Source of the DNA: an uncultured delta proteobacterium
GTDB lineage: Bacteria; Desulfobacterota; RBG-13-43-22
Direction of reading: 5' to 3'
NCBI GenBank assembly: GCA_963802945.1
Contig: CAWDKY010000025.1
Location: 64,001 to 128,000 of the forward strand
DNA length: 64,000 nucleotides
The notes under the pieces were generated by a model. It worked only from the letters and a program-made list of their open reading frames with translations. It was not told the DNA's origin and made no database searches. The position numbers were made by a program, and so were the translations under genes. The number at the start of each line of letters is the position of its first letter. Positions within the stretch are counted from its first letter, which is position 1. Of this stretch, positions 9,912 through 20,583 are shown in pieces.

Positions 9912-10549
9912 CCCAGGTGTTTATAGTCGGATTCGGTAAGTTTGGGAAAATGGCCCTGGCCCAATGGGTTCGTCTATGGGGAAAGGCCCGGATCTGGATT
10001 ATTGATTCGCGGCCGGAAGCCTTGATAGACCGAGGTCCTTTTCCGGGAATCCGTGTCTTGGCTGACGGCCCGCAATTTTTATCAGACTATCAAGTATGGA
10101 TTAAAGATGAAGATTGGGTCATTCCCGCTTTGCCGGTTCATCTGGCCTGGAAATGGTTGGGTCTAAATTTAAAAACCCGGCTAAGGCCTAAAGCCATATT
10201 GCCCCCTCAAAGTTTGGGTTTAGACCTACCTTATTGTCGAACCGACAGAAAAGGCCTCTATTTAAGTTATGCCGACTTTATCTGTCCTGAAAATTGTCCC
10301 GCCCCCCTTGGCCACTGTTTTAAAACCAAGGAGAAGCGAGCTGTTCCTCTCTGGAAATCCCTGGCCGAGCAATCATCCCCAAAGGGGACCTTGGAGGTTA
10401 TTGAAAGTCGACAAATAGCACCGGGATTGGGTGGATATGCCTTTAAGGAATTAAGAAGGATCGGTAAACTGGCTAAAAAAGCCGGCCCCCCTTTTTTTGT
10501 GGCCACGGCCTGCCGCTGTCACGGAGTGATTCACGGAGCGACCTGGTAA
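9908..10549 (+). CDS. Uncharacterised protein with N-terminal Rossmann (GxGxxG) motif and Cys-rich C-terminus
   Basis: IVGFGKFG; SYADFICPENCPAPLGHC; ATACRCHGV; overlaps the upstream stop (TTGA). Confidence 0.7.
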   Translation: MTQVFIVGFGKFGKMALAQWVRLWGKARIWIIDSRPEALIDRGPFPGIRVLADGPQFLSDYQVWIKDEDWVIPALPVHLAWKWLGLNLKTRLRPKAILPPQSLGLDLPYCRTDRKGLYLSYADFICPENCPAPLGHCFKTKEKRAVPLWKSLAEQSSPKGTLEVIESRQIAPGLGGYAFKELRRIGKLAKKAGPPFFVATACRCHGVIHGATW

Positions 10550-10713
10550 GAGAGTGAAGGGGAGAGTTAGAAAAAAATTAGTCAGAATGGAAGGGGTCTT
10601 TTTTCTGGTTTTTCTTGACTTAATGAGAGGAGAATGATAATTTACTACTATTAATAATTACTATTTTTTAACCGCCCTGGAATTCATTACAAGTCATAGA
10701 AAGGAGCCGGGAG

Positions 10714-11202
10714 ATGATATTAAAAAAGGGTTTCAAAGTATTGAGATGGATGGTTGTCTGTTTTGGCTTGATGGGACTCATGCTGGGCTGCGGCAGTGTC
10801 CTTAATGAGCAAAAGAAGGAATCTTCTACCTCAGTGACAGTCCCCCAACCTCAGCCCGACAAAAAGCTGGACCGTCCGGATGCCAGATATTACGATTTTG
10901 AAGATATCCAAATCCCCAATGAACTTAAACAGGATACCAAAAAAACCCAGGTTTTTCAATCCCCCAATTTGCTTGCCGGGGTCGAGGTATTTGATGGTAA
11001 TGTGGAAGTGAAATCATTGAGCAATTATTTTAAAGACGCCATGGCCCGTGACAACTGGCAGGCCAAAGGGAATTTTAAACTGCCTCCCAAAACGGTTTTA
11101 TTGTTTGAAAAAAAGAACAAGCGTAGTTTCTTTTTTATTGAAGAGACTATGTTTAACACCCATGTTGAGATTTGGGTGATCCCAACCCAGGAGGGACAGT
11201 AG
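10714..11202 (+). CDS. Hypothetical lipoprotein
   Basis: RBS AGGAG; lipobox LMLGC; TTGACT-17-TAATTT promoter candidate at 10615-10643. Confidence 0.75.
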   Translation: MILKKGFKVLRWMVVCFGLMGLMLGCGSVLNEQKKESSTSVTVPQPQPDKKLDRPDARYYDFEDIQIPNELKQDTKKTQVFQSPNLLAGVEVFDGNVEVKSLSNYFKDAMARDNWQAKGNFKLPPKTVLLFEKKNKRSFFFIEETMFNTHVEIWVIPTQEGQ

Positions 11203-11310
11203 GGGAATCTACGACTTTTGCCCTTTTTACTTTGCCTATAGTTAATTTGAAAAATGTACGATTTGCGTAGGACGACAGGCTAAAGTCAACACCCAATTGT
11301 GGCAAATTTT

Positions 11311-12522
11311 ATGCTTAAAGACAAGCACATTGTTTTGGGCATCAGCGGCGGGATAGCAGCCTTTAAGACCGTTGAATTACTTCGCCGCCTTTCCGATGGT
11401 GAGGCCCAAGTGGCGGTGGTCATGACCCGGAATGCTCAGCGGTTCATTACCCCCTTGACCTTTCAGGCCTTGACCCCTTATGGAGTCTATGCTGACCTTT
11501 TCGATTCTTACAGTCCTGGGGCCATGAATCATATCGAGTTGGCCGGATGGGCGGACCTGATCATCCTGGCCCCAGCTACAGCCAATCTGATCGCCAAGGC
11601 GGCCCACGGCCTGGCCGATGATTTGCTTTCCACCTTTCTTTTGGCCTGTCCGGCACCCAAACTGTTTTGTCCGGCCATGAACGTTCGAATGTATGAAAAT
11701 CCCGTTGTCCAATCTAATTTAAAAATGCTAAAAAAATTCGGCCATCGAGTCCTGGAGCCTTCCTCAGGGCCTTTGGCCTGTGGACAAACAGGGCCGGGAC
11801 GTCTGCCGGATCCGGAAGTCATCCTTGAAGAAGTCCTTAATCTGTTTTCTCCCCAAGACCTGAAAGGAGAAGAGGTACTGATAACGGCTGGCTGTACATG
11901 GGAAGCCATAGACCCAGTCCGATTTATTGCTAATCCCTCGACCGGCAAGATGGGTTTTTCTCTGGCCCGGGTGGCCCGGAGGAGGGGGGCTGAGGTTACC
12001 TTGATCACCGGACCGACCTATCTGGAAACGGTGCCCGGTGTTTCAACCATTCGAGTCACCTCGGCCCTGGAAATGGAAAAAGAGGTCATGAAGGCTTTTC
12101 CCACGGCCTCTATTGTCATCAAGGCCGCCGCTGTTTCTGATTATCGTCCGCAAGAGGTTACCCCCCATAAAATAAAAAAGAAGGGGCAAACCTCTCTTCA
12201 TTTAACCTTGATCCAAAATCCGGATATCCTCAAGCGGTTGGGACAAAAGAAAAAAAATCAATTTCTGGTGGGATTTGCCGCTGAAACAGAAGATCTCATT
12301 AACAATGCCCTTCAGAAGCTGAAAGAGAAAAATCTGGATTTGATTGTGGCCAATCCTATCGGAAAGCCGGATGCCGGTTTCGGCTATGATACCAATCAGG
12401 TCCTTTTCCTTTTTCCTGACGGGAAAACCAAGTTTTTGCCGCTGATGCCCAAGGATGAAGTGGCCAGCCTCATTTTTGATAATATTGTCAATCGCAAAAA
12501 TAAGAAGCTCAAAAAATCGTGA
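11311..12522 (+). CDS. coaBC: Bifunctional phosphopantothenoylcysteine decarboxylase/ligase
   Basis: [59 protein letters not shown]. Confidence 0.97.
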   Translation: MLKDKHIVLGISGGIAAFKTVELLRRLSDGEAQVAVVMTRNAQRFITPLTFQALTPYGVYADLFDSYSPGAMNHIELAGWADLIILAPATANLIAKAAHGLADDLLSTFLLACPAPKLFCPAMNVRMYENPVVQSNLKMLKKFGHRVLEPSSGPLACGQTGPGRLPDPEVILEEVLNLFSPQDLKGEEVLITAGCTWEAIDPVRFIANPSTGKMGFSLARVARRRGAEVTLITGPTYLETVPGVSTIRVTSALEMEKEVMKAFPTASIVIKAAAVSDYRPQEVTPHKIKKKGQTSLHLTLIQNPDILKRLGQKKKNQFLVGFAAETEDLINNALQKLKEKNLDLIVANPIGKPDAGFGYDTNQVLFLFPDGKTKFLPLMPKDEVASLIFDNIVNRKNKKLKKS

Positions 12523-13232
12523 CGGTTTCCGATATGTATCCAGCCGGCCTCGATCAATTCGTAGGACAGCTCAAAGAACTTCTTGAACTTCAAAAAGACT
12601 GGGGGAGGCCATTTTTACCCTGGCCAAAAAAAAACCGAGAGCTATCGGGCCATACCCGTCATTCATCTGACCACTTCGAATCGATCCCGGATTTAAACAG
12701 GACGATACTTGAATGTCAAAAATGCCGTTTATTCCGGAATCGGCTTCAGGCCGTCCCGGGGCAGGGGACTTCAAATTCCCGTCTGATGTTTATTGGGGAA
12801 GGCCCTGGGTTTGAAGAAGATCGACAAGGCCGCCCTTTTGTCGGACCGGCCGGGCAACTGTTGACAAAAATGATTCAAGCCATTGAATTGCGCCGGGAGG
12901 ATGTCTATATTACCAACATGGTCAAGTGTCGCCCTCCGGAAAACCGGGTACCCTTGGAGGAGGAGGTTGAGGCCTGCCGGCCCTTTATCGAAGAAGAAAT
13001 TCGGTTGATCGATCCTCAAATCCTGGTTCCCCTCGGTAATTCCGCTGCTCAGGCCTTAACCCGATCAAAGAAGAAAATTTCAGACTTGAGAGGACACCTA
13101 TTTGATTTAAACGGCAGGCAACTCATACCAAGTTTTCATCCGGCGTATCTCCTCAGAAATCCTGAATTTAAACGGGAAGCCTGGGAGGATTTGAAAAAAA
13201 TCAGGCGTATTTATGATGGATTGGAAAAATAA
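12519..13232 (+). CDS. Family 4 uracil-DNA glycosylase (4Fe-4S)
   Basis: CQKC, GEGPG, PFVGPAG, VKCRPPENR, FHPAYLLRNP. Confidence 0.93.
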   Translation: MTVSDMYPAGLDQFVGQLKELLELQKDWGRPFLPWPKKNRELSGHTRHSSDHFESIPDLNRTILECQKCRLFRNRLQAVPGQGTSNSRLMFIGEGPGFEEDRQGRPFVGPAGQLLTKMIQAIELRREDVYITNMVKCRPPENRVPLEEEVEACRPFIEEEIRLIDPQILVPLGNSAAQALTRSKKKISDLRGHLFDLNGRQLIPSFHPAYLLRNPEFKREAWEDLKKIRRIYDGLEK

Positions 13233-13233
13233 A

Positions 13234-13360
13234 GTTCGGAGTTGCGGATTGCGGATTGCGGATTTTTAATGATGGACTGGGGACGACCTTTTCGCTAAGA
13301 CAAGGGATGACCTATCATCCGCCCTTCCGCGTCCAACATCCCTCGTCCAACATCCCTCGT
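13234..13360. repeat. 7-mer array (GTTGCGG/ATTGCGG) plus 14-mer direct repeat (CGTCCAACATCCCT x2)
   Basis: Read directly at 13234-13263 and 13330-13357. Confidence 0.65.
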
Positions 13361-14656
13361 TTCTCCTATTTCGTTTTAGCCCTAATTTTCCTGGTGGTCT
13401 TATTGTCGTGGTCTCTAGCCGTGCAGGCCTCCGAAAAGCCACCCATCTATGTCATTACCATTGCCGGTTCCATCAATCCTCCGGTGGCTGATTTTATAAC
13501 CCGATCCATCACTAAGTCCGAAAAAGACAAGGCGGCCGTCCTGGTGATTCAACTGGATACACCCGGAGGTCTGGATTCTTCTATGCGGGCCATTGTTCAG
13601 GGGCTTTTAAACGCTCAGATTCCAATAATCGTCTTTGTCTCTCCCAGCGGGGCCCGTGCGGCTTCGGCCGGGGTATTGGTTGTCCTGGCTGCTGATCTGG
13701 CGGCTATGTCCCCGGGGACCAATATCGGAGCTGCCCATCCAGTTAATGTTGGCGGTAAAGACATTGATAAGACCATGGCCCAAAAGGTTGAAAAGGACAT
13801 GGTAGCCTATGTGCGCAGTATTGCTGATCAACGAAAGCGCAATGCGGATTGGGTTGAATCGGCAGTTTCAAAAAGTGAATCCATCACTGCTGAAAAGGCC
13901 GTGGAACTCAAAGTGATCGACCTGGTGGCCAATGATCTAACGGACTTGCTGCAAAAATCTGACGCCCGGCAGATTACCACTTCCAAACAACCGAAGATGA
14001 TCCGGACCCAGGGTCTTCCGGTTGTCTATCTCAAAGAAAATTTTCGTGACCGTATCCTTCGGACCATCAGTGACCCTAATCTGGCTTACATATTGATGAT
14101 GCTGGGCATGATGGGCATTTTTTTTGAATTAGCCCATCCCGGGGGCATTTTCCCCGGAGTCATCGGTGGGATATGTCTGATTCTGGCCTTTTTTGCCCTG
14201 CAGACCTTGCCGGTCAATTATGCCGGAGTCCTTCTCATTTTTCTGTCCATTGTCTTTTTTATCGCCGAGATCAAGGTGATCAGCCACGGTCTATTGACCG
14301 TGGCCGGTATTGTTTCTTTAACGCTCGGCTCTCTGATGCTATTCAAAACAGGGGAGGGGCAAATGGGGGTTTCTCTTCAGGTCCTGATTACAACGGTTTT
14401 GGTTATCTCCGGATTTTTTGTTTTTGTTATCGCCTTGGCTGTAAAGGCCTACCGAAGGAAACCGCAGACTGGGGATCAGGGGATTATCAAAGAAGTGGGA
14501 CGGGTGCATCAAAAAATTACCCCAGACAATCCGGGAAAAGTTTTCGTCCATGGAGAAATCTGGAATGCGAGCTCCGAAGAAATCATTGAACCCGGAGAAG
14601 TCGTGGAAGTAGAAAACATCGAAAATCTGGTGCTGAAAGTGAAACGAAAGCAATAG
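13307..14656 (+). CDS. nfeD: Long-form NfeD membrane-bound ClpP-class serine protease
   Basis: LDTPGG, AASAG, TNIGAAHPV, TM region, C-terminal VFVHGEIWNA OB-fold; start uncertain. Confidence 0.92.
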   Translation: MTYHPPFRVQHPSSNIPRFSYFVLALIFLVVLLSWSLAVQASEKPPIYVITIAGSINPPVADFITRSITKSEKDKAAVLVIQLDTPGGLDSSMRAIVQGLLNAQIPIIVFVSPSGARAASAGVLVVLAADLAAMSPGTNIGAAHPVNVGGKDIDKTMAQKVEKDMVAYVRSIADQRKRNADWVESAVSKSESITAEKAVELKVIDLVANDLTDLLQKSDARQITTSKQPKMIRTQGLPVVYLKENFRDRILRTISDPNLAYILMMLGMMGIFFELAHPGGIFPGVIGGICLILAFFALQTLPVNYAGVLLIFLSIVFFIAEIKVISHGLLTVAGIVSLTLGSLMLFKTGEGQMGVSLQVLITTVLVISGFFVFVIALAVKAYRRKPQTGDQGIIKEVGRVHQKITPDNPGKVFVHGEIWNASSEEIIEPGEVVEVENIENLVLKVKRKQ

Positions 14657-14682
14657 TATGTCTAATTCAAAAGGGCGATGAA

Positions 14683-14761
14683 CGATGCCCGATGCCCGAT
14701 GCCTGATAAAAACCGGGGATGACAGTCGGCATCCTGGAATCCGCAATCTACTATCAACAAT
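14683..14761. repeat. 7-mer array (CGATGCC x3) followed by inverted/derived 7-mers (CGGCATC...AATCCGCAATCTACTATCAACAAT)
   Basis: Read directly between nfeD and the slipin gene. Confidence 0.65.
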
Positions 14762-14780
14762 TAAAAGAAAGGAGTTTATT

Positions 14781-15545
14781 ATGTACTTCCTGGCAGCCAT
14801 TATTATTCTGGTTATCTTCTTTTTAAGCAGTGCCATACGTATCTTAAACGAATATGAACGAGGCGTCATTTTCCGCCTGGGGCGGGTGTTGGGGTCGAAA
14901 GGACCGGGATTGATTCTCCTGATTCCCATTGTTGATAAAATGATTAAAGTGGATTTGCGGACTGTGACCATGGATGTTCCGCCACAGGACGTTATCACTC
15001 GGGACAATGTCTCCGTGAAGGTCAATGCCGTGGTTTACTTTCGCGTCATGGATGCCGTCAAGGCCACCATCGAAGTTCAGCAATATCTTTATGCCACCTC
15101 TCAGTTGGCCCAAACCACTTTGCGCAGTGTCTGCGGCCAGGCGGAATTGGATAAGATCCTGTCGGAACGGGAAAAGGTCAATACGGAAATACAGGAAATC
15201 CTGGATATGCATACCGATCCCTGGGGAATTAAGGTGACGGTCGTAGAAGTGAAACAAATCGATCTGCCCCAGGAGATGCAACGGGCCATGGCCAAGCAGG
15301 CCGAGGCCGAACGGGAAAGAAGGGCCAAGGTCATCAACGCTGAAGGGGAATTCCAGGCTGCTTCCCGCATGGCCGATGCCGCCGGCATCATTGAAGCCCA
15401 CCCGATTGCCCTTCAACTTCGCTATCTCCAGACCTTAAGGGAAGTGGCTTCGGAGCATAATTCAACCACCCTTTTTCCCATCCCCATTGATCTTTTTAAG
15501 CCGTTTTTAAAAATGGCGGAATTAGCTGAAACAAAAAAAGGATAA
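14781..15545 (+). CDS. Slipin / stomatin-like SPFH (band 7) protein
   Basis: [48 protein letters not shown]; RBS AAGGAG; canonical nfeD partner. Confidence 0.95.
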   Translation: MYFLAAIIILVIFFLSSAIRILNEYERGVIFRLGRVLGSKGPGLILLIPIVDKMIKVDLRTVTMDVPPQDVITRDNVSVKVNAVVYFRVMDAVKATIEVQQYLYATSQLAQTTLRSVCGQAELDKILSEREKVNTEIQEILDMHTDPWGIKVTVVEVKQIDLPQEMQRAMAKQAEAERERRAKVINAEGEFQAASRMADAAGIIEAHPIALQLRYLQTLREVASEHNSTTLFPIPIDLFKPFLKMAELAETKKG

Positions 15546-15560
15546 AGGAGAAAAGGCATT

Positions 15561-15890
15561 ATGAGTAAAAAAGAAAGGGCCGAAAAAAAAGAAAAACCTT
15601 TGGAAAAAATGACGGCCAAGGAACTGCGTGATGTGGCTTTGACCATTCCCGAGATATCCGGCGTTCACGGGATGAATAAAGAGGAAGTCCTGGCGGCCAT
15701 TAAAAAGGCCCGAGGGATAAAAGAAGATTCCGGCAAAAAAGGGGATCGATCTATGCGCCAATTGAAAGAGAAGATAATGGAGCTACGGAAAAAGAAATTG
15801 GAAGCCCGAGAGAAAAAGGATAAAAAAGGCATTGATCAATTAAGACGCCGGATCAGCCGTTTGAAAAAGAAGACTCGGAAAGCAGCCTAA
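15561..15890 (+). CDS. Small, very basic protein with Rho N-terminal-like helix-extended-helix domain
   Basis: LEKMTAKELR...GVHGMNKEEVLAAI motif, Lys/Arg-rich coiled C-terminus, RBS AGGAG. Confidence 0.75.
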   Translation: MSKKERAEKKEKPLEKMTAKELRDVALTIPEISGVHGMNKEEVLAAIKKARGIKEDSGKKGDRSMRQLKEKIMELRKKKLEAREKKDKKGIDQLRRRISRLKKKTRKAA

Positions 15891-15898
15891 AAAAAGAA

Positions 15899-16038
15899 AG
15901 GATTCAAGGATTCCAGGGGTCAAGGATTCAAGGGATTTTTCTTGGAAGAAACGGTTAAGAACGATCTCTTTAAGTTATTTGAGAAATCGTTAAAAAAGGC
16001 AATCCCTGATTCCTGGAATCCTCGACCCCTGGAATTCT
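15899..16038. repeat. 8-mer array (AGGATTCA/AGGATTCC/AGGGGTCA/AGGATTCA) with inverted copy
   Basis: Forward at 15899-15934; inverted CCTGGAATCCTCGACCCCTGGAATTC at ~16012-16037. Confidence 0.75.
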
Positions 16039-16046
16039 ACTTTTTC

Positions 16047-17312
16047 ATGATAACCCTTTCCATCCCCTATGGCAACAAAACTCTCCCGCTTAAGATCCCA
16101 AAGAAAAACTGGGGAGAGCTTCTTGCTCCCCGGGAAATTCAGGCCATCTCTTTTGAAACAGGAATAAAAAAGGCCCTTGAACATCCCCTGAACTCCCCAC
16201 GCTTGTCTGAATTTTTAAAAGGATGCCGGTCGTTATTGGTCATCGTCAATGATGAAACCCGGCCGACCCCAACCGGCCGAGTCTTGGAATTCCTCTGGCC
16301 GGAACTTGCTCCTTACCCGTTGAAGATCATGGTGGCTACCGGAATACATAAAAAGAGCAGTGAAGAAGGGTGCCTCCGTATCTTTGATCCCCTATGGCCG
16401 GAAGTTAGGAATAAACTTATGTTCCATGACTGCCGGCAGGAACGGGGCATGGTCTTCCTTGGGGAAACAACCCGTGGAACGCGGGTTATGGTCAATCAAG
16501 AGATTGTGATGGCCGACCGGCTGTTGGTCATCGGTTCCGTGGAACCCCATTATTTTGCCGGTTATACCGGAGGCAGAAAAACGGTTATCCCTGGAGTGGC
16601 GGCCTATTCTTCCATTGTGGCCAATCACTCCCTGGCTATGGAGCTGGAAGCCCAACCGCTGCGTCTGGCTGGCAATCCGGTGCATGAAGATCTGGAAGAG
16701 GCCCTGCGATTAATGCCGGTTCCGCCTATCTTTTCCCTGATGCTGGTTCTGACTCCGGAACATCAGCTTTATGCTGCCTTCAGCGGTTCCATTCAGAAAA
16801 CCTTGATGGCCTCTGCTCAAAAGGCCGATGAGGTCTTCACGCTCCCTTTTCAAAACAAAGCGGATATTTTGATCAGCGTTGCTTTGCCACCTTTGGATAT
16901 CGATCTTTATCAATCCCAAAAGCCCATTGAACATGGAAAAATGGCCTTAAAGGAGGACGGCATTCTGATCCTGGTCATGCCGTGCCCTCAGGGTCCGGGT
17001 CCGGCAGACTTTCAAGAATTGATCCGGCAAACCGGCGACTTGCAAAAGGCTCGGGCATTGCTTGACCAACCTTATCGTTTGGGGAATCATAGAGTCATCA
17101 GGAATTTAAAATTCCTGGAGCAGGGTGGGCAGATCTGGGGCCTAACGGATTTGGATCCCCATTTCTTATCCCAAACCTTTATCAAGCCTATGCCTTCTTT
17201 GCAAGAGGCCATAGACGCGGCTTTGGCGCAAAAGGGCAGGGCGGCCAGGGTGAATATCCTATTCAATGCCGGCCTTTGCGTTCCGAAACAACGAAACAAG
17301 CTATTCCAATAG
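16047..17312 (+). CDS. larA: Nickel-pincer-dependent lactate racemase family protein
   Basis: VNDETRPTP, VATGIH, VEPHYFAGYTGGRK, DIDLYQSQK; ATG 16047 lies just after the repeat element. Confidence 0.88.
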   Translation: MITLSIPYGNKTLPLKIPKKNWGELLAPREIQAISFETGIKKALEHPLNSPRLSEFLKGCRSLLVIVNDETRPTPTGRVLEFLWPELAPYPLKIMVATGIHKKSSEEGCLRIFDPLWPEVRNKLMFHDCRQERGMVFLGETTRGTRVMVNQEIVMADRLLVIGSVEPHYFAGYTGGRKTVIPGVAAYSSIVANHSLAMELEAQPLRLAGNPVHEDLEEALRLMPVPPIFSLMLVLTPEHQLYAAFSGSIQKTLMASAQKADEVFTLPFQNKADILISVALPPLDIDLYQSQKPIEHGKMALKEDGILILVMPCPQGPGPADFQELIRQTGDLQKARALLDQPYRLGNHRVIRNLKFLEQGGQIWGLTDLDPHFLSQTFIKPMPSLQEAIDAALAQKGRAARVNILFNAGLCVPKQRNKLFQ

Positions 17313-18012
17313 CAACCGCGTTCGCACACCAGTTTGGGCCCGTGGCCGGTTATGGAGGCGGCCGATATCTTGTAGCTTGGAACGATAGCCGGGAAACTGT
17401 TGGCGCCATCTATGGCCAGGTTTTGGAGCAGGCGAAAGTTTCCCAATCTGTCCGTCAGACAGTCTATAAACTGAAGAAGGCGGATTGGACGGTGGAAACC
17501 GCACCGATCATGACTTATGCAAATGCCGGACTCGCGTTCTCGGCAAAAGATTCGTGGGTATTTGGTGAATCGGACGCATACCATTACCAGAATGGCATAT
17601 GGAAAGCTGAGGCGATATTCCCCGTATCACATCTGTACGGTTCTTGGGCGAGTGGACCAATTGACATATGGGTTACAGGTTGGTGTGGTGGATTTAGCCA
17701 CTATAATGGTCAAGTATGGACATATAAGAACTGTACATGGGGTGGTGATGAAAACCCACATACTGCAACTGCCTTGTGGGGTACCGATTCGACAAATCTA
17801 TGAGCAACTAAAAACAATGGAAAGCTGATCCATTACGATGGTATTACTAATATGGGATATTATTTGATAGTGGTTTATCGTTTGATCTATCGGATTTATG
17901 GGGCACCTCGGCCAGTAATATCTATGCCGTAGGCGAGCGAGGCACTGTGTTGCACTACGATGGCACGACTTGGAGTCAGCAGACAGGTATTCCGACGATT
18001 CAGAGATTAAAT
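17290..18012 (+). pseudogene. Internal fragment of a secreted beta-propeller repeat protein
   Basis: YLVAWNDSR...IYGQ, then repeats LYGSWASGPIDIW / LWGTDSTNL* / LWGTSASNIYAVGERGTVLHYDG; in-frame TGA at 17801-17803, frameshift near 17845, no start or RBS. Confidence 0.7.
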
Positions 18013-18387
18013 GACCGTATAAAAGAGGTTATCCAGCGTTTTGTCCTTAACGCGACCCTCAAGCTTATCTTTCCTTTGTTCTCCACTGCTTATCATAGCC
18101 TACCTCCTGTTTCCTTCACTTTACCAGCTACAGGTCAGGTGGGCTAAAGGTTAATCGTTAATTTTCTGGTCTATCTTTTTAAAACAGTTGTAAGTGAAAA
18201 TCGTAGGAAGAGTTATCTGGACACTGTCCGTCAACCCAAATACTAGTCAGAACATTTATGTCACTCTAAGTGAAGTTTGGATTTTAACAAAATATCGATC
18301 ATTTTTTTTCGTTGGGAAAGCTGTGTGATGCCGCATCCCCTTGAGGTAAGGTCTGCCTATGTTCTTTTGAAGCGGTCTTAAAAAAGT

Positions 18388-19026
18388 CTAAACTGTTTTT
18401 TTCTCAGCCAGCTTGACGATCATTGCTATGATCGTTGGGAAGGCGAATAGGCTTGAGTCAATGCAAAGGTGATAGTTTCGGGCATCCGTCCAATCGACCC
18501 CGGCCATATCTCGTATGAACTTGGCCCTGATGTGGTCCGATTCTTTAAGTCTGGCCTGAACTTCCTTTTTGTCTTTTATGTTTTGAGCCTTCATTATCCG
18601 TTCAATTCGAAATTCCAGCGGGGCGTGGACAAATACCCGAATCACTTCAGGGCGATTTTTCAGGGTATTAAATCCCCCTCGACCTACGATCACGGCACTG
18701 TATCGGTCGGCGATCTCGTTCATGATTTTACACTCCACGGAAAACAATTCCCTGTGGTCCACCGGCCGCCGCTGAGGCAAGGGAAGGGATATTTCCGGCA
18801 GGCCGAAAGAAAAACCTTTCATGATCGTCTCTAAAAGGCTGGCCGATCTTCCATCCAGATGTTCAAGCGCCCCGGCATCCGTCCCAAGACGTTCAGCCGC
18901 TTGGCGTAATATCTCCCGGTCAATGTACTTGAAACCGAGTTCTTTGGCCGCCGAATAACCGATATAAGACCCGCCGCTTCCCATCTGCCTCGAGATAGTT
19001 ATGGTTATAGGTGATTTTTCCATCAT
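18388..19026 (-). CDS. Cytidylate kinase-like family protein
   Basis: ITISRQMGSGG, VIVGRGG, YHLCIDSS; overlaps the emrB stop. Confidence 0.88.
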   Translation of the reverse strand: MMEKSPITITISRQMGSGGSYIGYSAAKELGFKYIDREILRQAAERLGTDAGALEHLDGRSASLLETIMKGFSFGLPEISLPLPQRRPVDHRELFSVECKIMNEIADRYSAVIVGRGGFNTLKNRPEVIRVFVHAPLEFRIERIMKAQNIKDKKEVQARLKESDHIRAKFIRDMAGVDWTDARNYHLCIDSSLFAFPTIIAMIVKLAEKKTV

Positions 19027-20576
19027 GCCCCCTCCTTAAAATTGGCCAATCTGTCGTCTCTAATGAGGAATACCAAAGGGATTGAGATCAAGAAAAGCAC
19101 AGCGACCAAGAAGTAAATATGATTAAAGGCCAGCATACTTGATTGTTTCATAACGATCCCTTCTACCACCTTACCAGCCCTTTGCTCTGCACCAGTCTGG
19201 TCCAAGCCAAGTGAATAAAAATAGGATGAAAGATGGCGCAGGAATTCATTCGTAACGTTTCTATTCACGGTTATGTTTTTTACCAGCAAGGCCCTGTTCC
19301 AGTTTTCTCCCCGGGTCAACAGGGTAGCCGCCGCGGCGATGCCGATGCTTCCGAATACCTGCCGGACGACCGAGTAAAGGCCGGAAGCATCAATCAAGAG
19401 CGGTTTTTCAATAGTGGACAAGGCCGCTGTACTTAAGGAAACAAATATGAGTCCGAATCCGATTCCCTGTAAGGCCTGGGGGACAAATATATCCCAATAG
19501 CCGACGGCGAGGGAGAGGCGCGAAAACTGATAAAATGAAACACAAGTCATAAAGAGCCCCAACCCGATCAACCACTTTGGTCCTGTCCGGTTATAGAGCC
19601 TGCCCCCGATCGGCATAGCCATGAGCATGGCAATGCTCCTCGGCAGAAGCGCTAGTCCCGAGTTGAAGGCCGGGTAATTAAGGAGCTGTTGCAGGAAGAG
19701 CGGTAAGGTGAAAAGACCGCCCATGAGACCCATCCCGAGGAGACCGCCGAGAAAGGTTCCTGAGGTGAAATTGAGATCCTTTAAGATCCGCAGATTAACT
19801 GCTGGTCTATCGGTGGTCAATTCCCGCCAGATAAACAGCAGAAAACCCAGGCAGGAGATGATGGCCAGATATTTGATGAAATTGGATGAAAACCAATTTT
19901 CTATATTGCCTTTTTCCAACAAAATCTGGAATGCTCCCAGGCCGAAGGCCATGAACAGCAGGCCGGCAAAATCCATTTTTCCTTTTTCTCGAACCAGAAA
20001 GGGCGGATCCTTAATGAACCTTATGACCAGGAGAATGTTGATGATGCCAATAGGTACGTTGATATAAAAGATCCACGGCCAGGAATAGTTATCGGTAATC
20101 CATCCTCCGAGAGTGGGGCCCAACGCAGGACCCAGCATAACGCCAATCCCATAGATACTCATGGCCCTGGCCTGCTCTTCGGGTGGGAAGGTTTCTCTAA
20201 GTATGGCCATGGCCGCAGGTATGAGGGCGCCACCGCCTATGCCCTGAATAATACGGAAGGTAATCAATGAATTCAAATCCCAGCCAAGTCCACAGAGCAT
20301 GGAAGCACCAGTAAATATCAGCACAGCAATATTAAGGAACCGCTTGCGTCCGAACCGGGAACTCAGCAGGGCCACAATGGGCATGATGATGACGCTGGAG
20401 AGAATGTAGCCTGTGGCGACCCAGGTAATCTCCTCGACGGAGGCGCCAATGGAGGCTCTAATGTGGGGCAGGGCGACATTGACAATGCTGCCATCCATAG
20501 CAGACATGATGGTTCCGGTCATCACCGTTATGGCGATCAGCCATTTATGAATCGGGGTTTCTTGCTTTTCGTCCAC
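19023..20576 (-). CDS. emrB: DHA2-family (EmrB/QacA) MFS efflux permease
   Basis: DGSIVNVALP, WVATGY, FRIIQGIGGG, GPALGPTLGG, WPWIFYINVPIG. Confidence 0.9.
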   Translation of the reverse strand: MDEKQETPIHKWLIAITVMTGTIMSAMDGSIVNVALPHIRASIGASVEEITWVATGYILSSVIIMPIVALLSSRFGRKRFLNIAVLIFTGASMLCGLGWDLNSLITFRIIQGIGGGALIPAAMAILRETFPPEEQARAMSIYGIGVMLGPALGPTLGGWITDNYSWPWIFYINVPIGIINILLVIRFIKDPPFLVREKGKMDFAGLLFMAFGLGAFQILLEKGNIENWFSSNFIKYLAIISCLGFLLFIWRELTTDRPAVNLRILKDLNFTSGTFLGGLLGMGLMGGLFTLPLFLQQLLNYPAFNSGLALLPRSIAMLMAMPIGGRLYNRTGPKWLIGLGLFMTCVSFYQFSRLSLAVGYWDIFVPQALQGIGFGLIFVSLSTAALSTIEKPLLIDASGLYSVVRQVFGSIGIAAAATLLTRGENWNRALLVKNITVNRNVTNEFLRHLSSYFYSLGLDQTGAEQRAGKVVEGIVMKQSSMLAFNHIYFLVAVLFLISIPLVFLIRDDRLANFKEGA

Positions 20577-20583
20577 AAGACCT

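Noticed and set aside
17801-17803. TGA recoding (Trp/Sec) in the propeller fragment
   Set aside because: A frameshift follows within ~45 bp, the fragment lacks a start, and TGA terminates normal genes elsewhere in the window; decay is simpler.
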